The translations under genes and the position numbers were made by a program. This document shows positions 18,361 to 26,235 of a DNA stretch of 29,778 nt, in pieces. The stretch covers positions 1 through 29,778 of the IMG/VR virus record IMGVR_UViG_3300038974_000450; one strand, given 5' to 3'. The notes under the pieces are model-generated. The model saw only the letters and a program-made list of their open reading frames with translations. It was not told where the DNA came from and did not search any database. The stretch's first letter is position 1; each line of letters begins with the position of its first letter. This DNA comes from a virus (taxonomy: Duplodnaviria > Caudoviricetes).

Positions 18361-19545
18361 TCAATCGGAATAGTGTTCTCCAGTTAAAAATTTAAAATAA
18401 TTTATTATAAAATCCTTTGCCTCTTGTAAAGAAATATTGCCATTGTATTTGACATGTTCTTTCAAAAAAGAATTTCTTGTTAAGCATTCATAAATAAAAT
18501 AATCTTTATATTTTTTAAATTTCTCATTATCTATGAATACATCTAAATTTCCAAAGTAATATGGAATTAAGTGGCTAAATTGTTTGAAAACATCTACATA
18601 GATGTAATAATCTAATTTATTTTTATCTATAATAATAGCATTATAACTAAATTCTCGAACAAAGGTTTTATTTCTTTTCAGAGCATTTATATCTCTCATT
18701 GTCCAAAAAAGAATATCATCTCTATCAGGTTTGATATTTTTTAATGGATATTTATTAATGTAATTAGAAATAAAATCAAAGTCTTTCAAAGAGAAAGTTT
18801 TATTATCTATTGTTTTAAATTTAAAATTAAAAATGTAGTCATAATCCATACCTTGTCTTTCTTTTTTATATAGTGAGATTATAATAGGGAAAGAAATACC
18901 TTTTGAGGTTTCTTTAAAAGTTGCACTGTCGATAATAATTCCATCAATTAATTTATAGTGATTTGTAAAATTTTTCAGCAAATTGAAATTTGATTTTTTA
19001 ATCAAATATGATAGCGGATGTAAGACACAGATTATATCTGAATTTAATTTTGCATAGGATAATAAAAAAGACATTCCATAGTCTCTTGTTTTTATGTCGT
19101 AATATATTTCTATATTATTTTTTTTTATATTATTTCTTATTATAGAAGTAATATCATTATAAGGCGGGTTTCCAATAATAATTAATTCATTATCATCAGA
19201 AATATTAAACATTTCTCTTTTTACTTCAAATAAAGCATTCTTATTATAAATATCAATTTCAGGAAAATTTTCTTTTGCTTTTTTAACTGCAATAGGGTCA
19301 ATATCATTTGCTTTTTTTTGACAACTAATTTCGTAATCAAAAAAATTTCCATATCCGCAGGAACTATCAAGAACTATACTCTTATCATTCAAGAAAGGCT
19401 TTATCATTTCCCAAACTATATTAACATATTCTGATGGAGTATAAAAAGCACCGAGATTGATTTTATCTTGATATTTTAAATGAATTTGATTTTTTGTATC
19501 AATACCTTTTTTATTTTCTTGAATCTGTATATCTGTTATTGCCAT
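18361..19545 (-). CDS. N6-adenine DNA methyltransferase, M.PabI/M.HpyAXII-like, orphan
   Basis: LGAFYTP, LDSSCGYGNF (motif I), GNPPY (motif IV); ICVLHPLSYLIK, MRDINALKRNKTF and IPYYFGNLD match my recollection of that family; visibly AT-richer than the flanks. Confidence 0.85.
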   Translation of the reverse strand: MAITDIQIQENKKGIDTKNQIHLKYQDKINLGAFYTPSEYVNIVWEMIKPFLNDKSIVLDSSCGYGNFFDYEISCQKKANDIDPIAVKKAKENFPEIDIYNKNALFEVKREMFNISDDNELIIIGNPPYNDITSIIRNNIKKNNIEIYYDIKTRDYGMSFLLSYAKLNSDIICVLHPLSYLIKKSNFNLLKNFTNHYKLIDGIIIDSATFKETSKGISFPIIISLYKKERQGMDYDYIFNFKFKTIDNKTFSLKDFDFISNYINKYPLKNIKPDRDDILFWTMRDINALKRNKTFVREFSYNAIIIDKNKLDYYIYVDVFKQFSHLIPYYFGNLDVFIDNEKFKKYKDYFIYECLTRNSFLKEHVKYNGNISLQEAKDFIINYFKFLTGEHYSD

Positions 19546-19633
19546 ATACCAGCCTCCTTAATCATTGCCGTTTATCTCTTTTTGAAAAATATAATCTACT
19601 AATATTATCGTCATCTGACAATTTTTTTCAATT

Positions 19634-19660
19634 AAAAAAAACCGCCCTTTTGCAGGCGGT
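19634..19660 (-). terminator. intrinsic terminator downstream of terL
   Basis: minus strand ACCGCC-TGCAAAAG-GGCGGT followed by a T7 run. Confidence 0.75.
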
Positions 19661-19771
19661 CAAAAAATCAAAAAAAGAGGTTCCATGAAAGAGAGAAGAG
19701 AGTTGGATAATGGGTGTGTGCCCTTTTTGATATATATAACCTATAATTTATCTGTTATTTTTTGTCAAGCA

Positions 19772-21661
19772 TTATTTTAATAACCTCATCTCCACATCAT
19801 TCCAAATCTGTTCTGTCCAACTACTCAAATTCAGATGTTCCGCTGCTGAACGCGCTAAAATCCACGTATCTAAAGGTTCATTACGTTCATATATTTTTCT
19901 GTAATTCCATTTTCCCGGTTCGGTTTCCGCATAAACTTCTGACAGAAAGCCCCTGAAAAACTCCTCTCCGAGTTGTTTTGTAAAATGCATTTTACCCGGT
20001 GCTCCGGCGGGTAAATCTACCTTGACGAATATCTCGTCTTTTAACTCGTTTATCGCGTGGTCATAACGTGTTTTTAAGGGTGACTGCCTTTTAACTCGCT
20101 CCTCTTTTAATATTGTGTCTTTTAATTTTGCATTACCCCTGCATGCAATTGTTCGTGGTGTGCGGGCTACCATCTCATAGACTGTATGTTCATAAGTTAT
20201 GTCTGTGCCGTCTATTTTTTCGTTATCAGGGTTATAGCCTGAATCTATTGCGACACGGCTTATTATTACTTCTACCGTTTCACACTTTTTGAGCCTATAT
20301 TTTTTTGTTAAAATAAAATTTCGCCAGTCCTGCCAGCATCTGTCATTCTTATCTTTTGTTCCGTTCTGTGCGTGGAATTTTCCTTCGTCTATTACCCACG
20401 ACTGCATGTCACGCCCCCATGCGACAACGGTATATTGCAGATACATTTTTTGGACGTCAGTGCCCATTGTGACTATGAGTGCACCTTCTGGTAATATGCC
20501 TAAAGGATAATCTTCGGATTTGTTGTATAGGTCTAAATAATTTCTTTTTTCTGTGCGGGCTTCCCAAGGTTCACCGAGAATATTTATCATAAAAGATTTT
20601 AAAGATGTTATTTTTTGTCCGAAATCAGTTTCACAGAAATTCTGCATAACTTTTACCCAAGAAAAAAATGCAATAGGGGACATTAGGTTGCTGATGTGAT
20701 AACTTCTGTATGCCGGATTTATTGGCCTTGCGGTGGGGATCCACCTCCCGCCGGTTAACATGTCCTGCTTCTGATATTCATATATTTCTTTTTTGCAATG
20801 TTTGCAGGTGTATCGCACACTTTCGGGTATTATCTGTGTAATTTTATCTTTTACTTCAGAGCGCCCGAAAAGTCCATAATCACGCCCGCCGTACATCATG
20901 GTCAAAACTTGTAATTCTCCGCATATTGGACATTGACAGTTATAATATCTTTGGTCTCCCGCAAGAAAATTTTTATTTATACGCCCTTGCGTTGTCGTGG
21001 GCGTTGATAGTTTAAATATTTTTAAATTCCTTGCTGTAATACCACGCATTGAAAACAAATGTTCAGGGTCTCCCTGATTTGCTAATTCATACGGTGCTTC
21101 GTCGAGTTCATCAAAAATCAATAAATCCCAGCTAAAAGATTTTGCGTCTGCTATACTGTTCCAGCTTGTAAGCATCATTCTATAGCCGCCGGAAAATTCT
21201 TTCCAAAAAGTATTGTCGGCGGTCTTTCTCTTCATCCTATTTGATATTGGCTTTACTTTGTCAGCAAGTCCAGAATTGTCTATTAAAACGTCGATGGCTG
21301 CGGATGACCTTTGTTTTGCCATCGATAAAGATGATGTTATATATAGTATATTGTGCAAACCGTATTCTATTGCCCATCCTATAACGTGCTCAATCGTTGT
21401 AGTCGCTAGACTTTGAGTTGATTTCATTATGGTTATTTGAATTATTCCCGAGTCAGGATGGGCGCAATCGCAAATTTCCACCATGTGGGGAGCTATAGAA
21501 TGGTCTATCTTTCCAGGCCGAGCGGTTACCCCTTGCGGAAGATAACGGCATCTTGCCGCCCATTCGGAGGGTAATTCTAAACGTGAATCAAGTTTCCATC
21601 TATCAATATAATTTATAAGACGTTCACGGGCGATTGAATCTATATCTTTATCAATTATCAT
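19772..21661 (-). CDS. terminase large subunit (lambda gpA family)
   Basis: PSEWA, LLIFDELD (Walker B), LSTPT, GDQRYYNCQCPICG, GTDVQ, AIDSG, RNEPLD. Confidence 0.95.
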   Translation of the reverse strand: MIIDKDIDSIARERLINYIDRWKLDSRLELPSEWAARCRYLPQGVTARPGKIDHSIAPHMVEICDCAHPDSGIIQITIMKSTQSLATTTIEHVIGWAIEYGLHNILYITSSLSMAKQRSSAAIDVLIDNSGLADKVKPISNRMKRKTADNTFWKEFSGGYRMMLTSWNSIADAKSFSWDLLIFDELDEAPYELANQGDPEHLFSMRGITARNLKIFKLSTPTTTQGRINKNFLAGDQRYYNCQCPICGELQVLTMMYGGRDYGLFGRSEVKDKITQIIPESVRYTCKHCKKEIYEYQKQDMLTGGRWIPTARPINPAYRSYHISNLMSPIAFFSWVKVMQNFCETDFGQKITSLKSFMINILGEPWEARTEKRNYLDLYNKSEDYPLGILPEGALIVTMGTDVQKMYLQYTVVAWGRDMQSWVIDEGKFHAQNGTKDKNDRCWQDWRNFILTKKYRLKKCETVEVIISRVAIDSGYNPDNEKIDGTDITYEHTVYEMVARTPRTIACRGNAKLKDTILKEERVKRQSPLKTRYDHAINELKDEIFVKVDLPAGAPGKMHFTKQLGEEFFRGFLSEVYAETEPGKWNYRKIYERNEPLDTWILARSAAEHLNLSSWTEQIWNDVEMRLLK

Positions 21662-22350
21662 TTCTCAATATTCTCCATATCATATCCTTCTTCTTTTATG
21701 GATTTTTTTAATTTATCCACCGCTTCGCGGGTAATACTTTCCTGCTCTCTAATTAAAAACTTAACAGCATCTTCTCTCTTTCCTCCGAGATATAATGCTT
21801 CAAGTTCAGGGCTTATTTCCTGAAATCGCCTGTAACTTCTTTGAACCATATTTTCAGCAAAAGAAAAAAAGTATTTCACTAAATACATCGGTGCTAATTC
21901 TTTTTTTATTTCTAATGTTCTAATTTCTTCCTGTTTAGATTTTTCCTCTTTTATTTTTGCATTATAAATTTCACTCTCTAAACTTGCTATTGCTGCGCGC
22001 CGGTTCAACTCCATTATTTCGGGGTCACCTTCTGGAATAGGAATATTTTTTCTCTCTCTTTTCTCCGTCTCAATTTCTCCATCGTCCTCAACACCGTTAA
22101 CCGATGAAGAAATAATTTTTTTCAGTTCCCTCTTTCTCATCATGCCGTCTGATGTTTTTTTGGCGTGTCTGGTTTTACGCGCTCCGTTCAATTTTGCTTT
22201 CCATGATTCTTTGTCTGTATCAATTCTCAAATTACCGTTTTCGTCTTCTACGAAAAAATCAGGACGCGGGTTTTTATTCTGCCAATGATGGACTGCAACT
22301 TCACTTATGCCAAGAATCCGGCTTGCTTCTGCTTTTGTAATAAGATTCAT
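21658..22350 (-). CDS. terminase small subunit (Nu1-like, N-terminal HTH)
   Basis: ITKAEASRILGISEVAVHHW HTH, then a helical region; coupled to terL. Confidence 0.8.
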   Translation of the reverse strand: MNLITKAEASRILGISEVAVHHWQNKNPRPDFFVEDENGNLRIDTDKESWKAKLNGARKTRHAKKTSDGMMRKRELKKIISSSVNGVEDDGEIETEKRERKNIPIPEGDPEIMELNRRAAIASLESEIYNAKIKEEKSKQEEIRTLEIKKELAPMYLVKYFFSFAENMVQRSYRRFQEISPELEALYLGGKREDAVKFLIREQESITREAVDKLKKSIKEEGYDMENIEK

Positions 22351-22376
22351 GAAACATCTCCGATATAATAAAGGGA

Positions 22377-22404
22377 ATTATAACATATATAAATTAAATG
22401 TCAA
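22377..22404 (-). promoter_or_regulatory. sigma70-type promoter for the terminase genes
   Basis: TTGACA (22399-22404), 16-bp spacer, TATAAT (22377-22382). Confidence 0.65.
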
Positions 22405-22458
22405 GCAATTAAGTTAAGTTAATTCTAAATTTCTTAAGGTATTATGAAAATTTTTATA

Positions 22459-22515
22459 GAGGTCATCGTCGGCAGGTTGGCACTTGACTTCCAGCATATA
22501 TCGTCAGGAGGACCC
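22459..22515 (-). other. candidate cos (packaging) site
   Basis: GC-rich island upstream of terS with GGGTCCT (identical to lambda cosQ, 22509-22515) and GACGATGACCTC (9/12 to lambda GGCGGCGACCTC). Confidence 0.5.
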
Positions 22516-22852
22516 AATTGTTTGTTTTATTTTTAATAATAATTATTTTTTCCCGGCGGCAGCACAAATAAATATTTTTTTATCAGCAGACAGGCTGAAT
22601 ATATATAGATTGATAGCTATAGAGGGCTATGAGCGTGATTAGAGGGTGCTTTATATATAGCCTGTTATACCTGATAAGATATAAATAATAATATATTGAT
22701 GCATAGTGCATCAGATAGGGTATAATACATTGATAGTATTGTATGCAGATATATATAAGTGTATGTATTATAACAGTGAGCGTGTTAGTGTGCGTGGATA
22801 GTGTTATATATAGGGCATAAAATAAAAGCATATAATAGAAGAAAGTAGTGAT

Positions 22853-23229
22853 AATGACCTTTTGACCGTTTCAAGCGTAATTTATCTACGCCATTTATAA
22901 AACACTGTGTGCTTATATATATAAACACAGCAGTTAGAGAGCGAAAAAGTAAGTTAGTCGTGAAATGGTCTATTCAATCAGAGGAGAGTATATTGTAGAA
23001 TAAACGGCTATAAACGCCTATAAACGGGATTTAAAAAGGTCATTAAAAAGGTCATTCGGGGCTCAAAAAGGTCATTATTTGGAAAAATGGAGTTTTACAA
23101 GGTATAAAAAGCACTAATATAGCGTTGTTATTTTAGTGTTTTTATATGCAAATAATAATAGATAAAAAGATATTTGTGTATATTTTAAGAACAGAATGAC
23201 CTTTTTGAGGGCAAAAATGACCTTTTTGA
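22853..23229. repeat. iteron-like array AATGACCTTTT(T), six copies in both orientations
   Basis: forward at 22853, 23195, 23216; reverse at 23033, 23045, 23065; also TAAACG-led 10-mer x3 (23001-23030) and an imperfect palindrome near 22905-22930. Confidence 0.8.
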
Positions 23230-23291
23230 ATTTCAATTCCATCACTTTAGTGGATACTTAAATATGTGAGGTTCAAATGGGAATATGAATA

Positions 23292-23872
23292 TTTTTTGTT
23301 GTGCTTTAGCCTGCTTACTTCCGCCTCTTGCAGATATTGTAATTTTTCTTTTTCGCTCAGCTGTGCCTCCGTCTTCCTGCTCTTTCCAGCCTGTAAATCG
23401 TGGCTTTGTAATATAGTTTTTTTTCTAAGCCCTGCTAAGCCCTGAACACATAAATTTTTATTTGTGATATAATCGGCGTATTAAAACTTAGGAGAGATAT
23501 TTTTATGATTACACAACAAGGTCGGATAGATTTTTTCAATGAACGCGCGGAGCGATTCACGGGTGAAATATTGCTAACGTGGAAAAACGGGGAGCTGGTT
23601 GGCGTAAAGAAAACCGAAGCCAACGAACTGCCCGATATTGCAATTTGCTGGTTTATAGAAACAGGTTTCGTTTTTTCAACTCTTAAAGCAGAGGACAGAA
23701 AGCGCTGGTCTCTTATTGTCATAAGAGATTGAAGATTTTTGATATTTAATTCTCGTGCCCTGAAGGCAGAAGAATTTAAATACTCAGCCGTGACATATTG
23801 AAATTCTTTCTGCCCAGAACGGCACATTTTTTTGAATTGTTTTAGTTGTTTGTCATCGATCTTGATATTCAT
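23292..23872 (-). pseudogene. gpZ-like phage gene disrupted by an inverted insert and apparently truncated
   Basis: removing 23413-23626 rejoins ...QQIAISGS with ITKPRFTGWKEQEDGGTAERKRKITISARGGSKQAKAQQK in frame. Confidence 0.6.
23505..23732 (+). CDS. small DUF2292-like protein carried on the insert, with a tail read from the antisense of the host gene
   Basis: TGnTATAAT (23465-23473), AGGAG RBS, FTGEILLTWKNGELVGVKKTE. Confidence 0.5.
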   Translation: MITQQGRIDFFNERAERFTGEILLTWKNGELVGVKKTEANELPDIAICWFIETGFVFSTLKAEDRKRWSLIVIRD

Positions 23873-23878
23873 GAAACA

Positions 23879-23906
23879 AGGATACCCTTATTTTTCTTAA
23901 AGTCAA
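23879..23906 (-). promoter_or_regulatory. possible leaderless promoter
   Basis: TTGACT (23901-23906), 16-bp spacer, TATCCT (23879-23884), 6 nt to ATG at 23872. Confidence 0.45.
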
Positions 23907-23911
23907 GAAAT

Positions 23912-24091
23912 TTAATTTTCGTCAATATCTTTAAACATTTTTTTATGCGCAATCAACATCTCGTTGATTGTTCTGTAGTAGGCTATTCCTTTAGCCTTCC
24001 TGTTTAAGAGATAATTTCTAAAATCATCTCTCTCTTCCTTTGTAACAAAATAAATTGTAATTGTGTAATATTTGTTATTACTGTTTATCAT
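23912..24091 (-). CDS. 59-aa hypothetical protein (possible RHH-like DNA binder)
   Basis: hand-translated MINSNNKYYTITIYFVTKEERDDFRNYLLNRKAKGIAYYRTINEMLIAHKKMFKDIDEN; GGAGG RBS. Confidence 0.6.
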   Translation of the reverse strand: MINSNNKYYTITIYFVTKEERDDFRNYLLNRKAKGIAYYRTINEMLIAHKKMFKDIDEN

Positions 24092-24150
24092 ACTACCTCC
24101 TTGGAATTGCGACGGTATTATTTCCCCCGTCGTTGGGGAATTTAAGAAAT

Positions 24151-24180
24151 AAAAAAACCGTGCTTATTTTAAGCACGGTT
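24151..24180 (-). terminator. intrinsic terminator
   Basis: AACCGTGCTTA-nnn-TAAGCACGGTT 11-bp stem with a T run on the minus strand; overlaps the stop of 24169..24528. Confidence 0.7.
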
Positions 24181-24528
24181 AGCAGAAGAATGAAAACAAC
24201 GAGGAGTGATGATTGTTTTTATGTTTTCATTCTCAATAGTAATAATAAACTTGTCTCTTCCGAGCACGGAAGGAGACAAGCAGTTTGTCTCAAGGGAGAA
24301 CTTAACGTCCCCCATCTGGAACCAATACTCCTCAAAATGTGTTGGGCTACTATTGCCCAACTCTTTTGCTCTTATATTTTCTAAATTCCATGCTCCTTGT
24401 GGAGTATGGTTTTTAGAATATTTTATTAACGCTTTTTTCATTTGAGGATGTCTCTCAAATGCAATTTTAATCGCTGTATACCCCTCATCGCTGCTATTAT
24501 ATGTAGGTATGAATTGTATGTTTGTCAT
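24169..24528 (-). CDS. hypothetical protein (moron-like: own promoter and terminator)
   Basis: 119 aa, GGAGG RBS. Confidence 0.65.
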   Translation of the reverse strand: MTNIQFIPTYNSSDEGYTAIKIAFERHPQMKKALIKYSKNHTPQGAWNLENIRAKELGNSSPTHFEEYWFQMGDVKFSLETNCLSPSVLGRDKFIITIENENIKTIITPRCFHSSANRA

Positions 24529-24563
24529 CTCATTCCTCCATTTTTTTAATTTGTTATGATATC

Positions 24564-24591
24564 AATATAACAACAAAAAATATAATGTCAA
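24564..24591 (-). promoter_or_regulatory. sigma70-type promoter
   Basis: TTGACA (24586-24591), 16-bp spacer, TATATT (24564-24569). Confidence 0.55.
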
Positions 24592-24616
24592 GCATTTTTT
24601 TAAAAAAATACAAAAA

Positions 24617-24964
24617 AATTACATTTTTTTTTAGAAATGTAATTTTAAAATGAAAAAATGTAATTACAATTTGATAAAAAAATAGTCTGTATAAATAACT
24701 ACATATAAGAAGATAATAATAATAAATTATATAATATATTACATATATTACAAAATTACAGTAATATTAACATATATAATAAGAAAAAATAAAAATAAAA
24801 TAATGTATAATATTATATAGAATTTTATATTTATCTTCTTATATGAGCATGGTTTTCAAAAAAACGTAATTTTGTAATAAATTGAGAAAGTGCTGATTGA
24901 ATCATGCTTAATTCAATTACATTGAATGTAATTTTTTGTAATTTATTACATTTTTTTTGTAATT
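24617..24964. repeat. AT-rich array of TGTAAT/ATTACA hexamers; candidate replication origin
   Basis: about a dozen copies in both orientations (e.g. 24638, 24659, 24738, 24747, 24755, 24873, 24927, 24937, 24945, 24958) at the strand-switch point. Confidence 0.65.
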
Positions 24965-25062
24965 TTTTTGCAATTGAGGAAAAATCGCCGATTTTTTGAA
25001 AAAGGGTTGACAAATTTATATTAAATATATATTGCTATATTTGATAAAAATAGGAGGTTCGC

Positions 25063-25233
25063 ATGTTTTTAAATGTAAATATCGATAATGAAATTCACAA
25101 AAAATTAAAAATTTTTGCTGCTTCAAAAAGTGAAAGCATGGCAAAAATAGTCGAAAGGGCTGTTGTTGAATATATTAAGAATGAAGAAATAAAAGCACAG
25201 CAAGAAAATGGCAAAAGAATCAGTTTATACTAA
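25063..25233 (+). CDS. ribbon-helix-helix (CopG/ParG-like) regulator
   Basis: hand-translated 56 aa MFLNVNIDNEIHKKLKIFAASKSESMAKIVERAVVEYIKN...; AGGAGG RBS; TTGACA at 25007. Confidence 0.8.
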   Translation: MFLNVNIDNEIHKKLKIFAASKSESMAKIVERAVVEYIKNEEIKAQQENGKRISLY

Positions 25234-25329
25234 TTTTTGTATAAATTGACTTTAAAAATTTGTTCTTTGCAGAGATTTTACTCTGCGAGGATCTGAATAT
25301 TGATGAAAGTTTAATAAAAAGGAGTTTAA

Positions 25330-25554
25330 TTGCTTATGAAATATTCAGGGACAGATAAATATGGATTGCCACTATGCGGTAACAAGAAACAAGAGAAATT
25401 AAGAAATTCGGCTATGAATAGATATAACAAGGCAATCAGAGACGAGAATAAAAAGATAGAAAAGGCAAATGAATTGAGGTTTTATAGGTCCAACGGTACC
25501 GCAACACAAGCTCAGTTAAAAAAACTTGCGTGGTTAGAGTCTAATGGTTACTAA
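25330..25554 (+). CDS. hypothetical basic protein
   Basis: 74 aa, AAGGAG RBS. Confidence 0.6.
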   Translation: MLMKYSGTDKYGLPLCGNKKQEKLRNSAMNRYNKAIRDENKKIEKANELRFYRSNGTATQAQLKKLAWLESNGY

Positions 25555-25571
25555 AAAGATTGCCGCCGTTT

Positions 25572-25672
25572 CACCTAAAACACAGCATAAAAGGTTCGTG
25601 CCTTACGGCACTCACCCAAATTTTTGCTTCGCAAAAACTTCTTTTATGCTGGAGCCGATAAAGTTAGGAGTG
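25572..25672 (+). repeat. structured palindromic element resembling a degenerate integron attC site
   Basis: outer stem CAGCATAAAAG/CTTTTATGCTG enclosing GTGCC-ttac-GGCAC and TTTTTGC-ttc-GCAAAAA; flanks CACCTAA ... GTTAGG. Confidence 0.55.
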
Positions 25673-25695
25673 AGATGAGAAAAATAATAATAAAA

Positions 25696-25768
25696 AAATA
25701 TCCTGAAATTTTTGCTTAAAGGATATTTAATTTTTATGCTTGACATTACAACGCCTCTATGTTACATT
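25696..25768 (+). promoter_or_regulatory. sigma70 promoter with upstream inverted-repeat operator candidate
   Basis: AAATATCCT-N15-AGGATATTT (25696-25728); TTGACA (25740-25745), 17-bp spacer, TACATT (25763-25768) with extended TG. Confidence 0.6.
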
Positions 25769-25787
25769 CCCTGACATGGAGGTGCAA

Positions 25788-25994
25788 ATGTCAAATTACA
25801 ATAAAAACCAGAAGACTGTTTACATTCCAGATTATTTGAGACCAATCTGGGAACGAATGATAAAAGAATCAGGCGACAAAGGAAGCGGGTATATTTTGCT
25901 TGAAGCATGGTGTAAAAATAAAGGGTACCCGATACCCGAATACCAAAGCAAAGGCGATAAAAGTAAAAAAAGGAGATACGAAAATGAGCGATAA
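25788..25994 (+). CDS. small putative DNA-binding protein (RHH-like start QKTVYIP)
   Basis: ATG at 25788 with GGAGG RBS; 68 aa. Confidence 0.6.
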   Translation: MSNYNKNQKTVYIPDYLRPIWERMIKESGDKGSGYILLEAWCKNKGYPIPEYQSKGDKSKKRRYENER

Positions 25995-26235
25995 ACTAAA
26001 AGACGGCGGTCCAGCTTTTCCGATAAATAATAATGATGTAATAACAATTGTCACAAATAACGGAAATCACCCAGAAGGCATGTCCCTCCGTGATTACTTT
26101 GCAGCAAAGGCAATGCAGAGTATAATAAATAATTATAAAACTCGTTTTATAGAAGATCGAGAATTTTTTTATGACATAATTGCGGAAGAGTCTTATAAAC
26201 TTGCCGACGCCATGCTTGAAGCGAGGGGAAAATGA
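25984..26235 (+). CDS. conserved phage protein of unknown function
   Basis: GGPAFP...[14 protein letters not shown]...[11 protein letters not shown], a widespread phage motif; AGGAG RBS before ATG 25984. Confidence 0.8.
   Translation: MSDKLKDGGPAFPINNNDVITIVTNNGNHPEGMSLRDYFAAKAMQSIINNYKTRFIEDREFFYDIIAEESYKLADAMLEARGK

Noticed and set aside
18361-19620. Complete restriction-modification system
   Set aside because: No endonuclease ORF adjoins the MTase on either side
22583-22831. 82-aa ORF rich in Tyr/Ile/Leu
   Set aside because: Product of low-complexity skewed DNA; no RBS and implausible composition
22853-23229. Repeats as a CRISPR array
   Set aside because: Repeats are 12-14 bp, in mixed orientation and irregularly spaced; no cas genes
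23435-23872. 145-aa ORF as an intact gene
   Set aside because: Its last ~63 aa are the antisense of the inserted module; treated as a disrupted gene
24831-25013. 60-aa ORF with repeated LQK
   Set aside because: Translation of the TGTAAT repeat array
25675-25719. 14-aa ORF MRKIIIKKYPEIFA with an AGGAG RBS
   Set aside because: Too short to support; possibly a remnant overlapping the operator-like repeat
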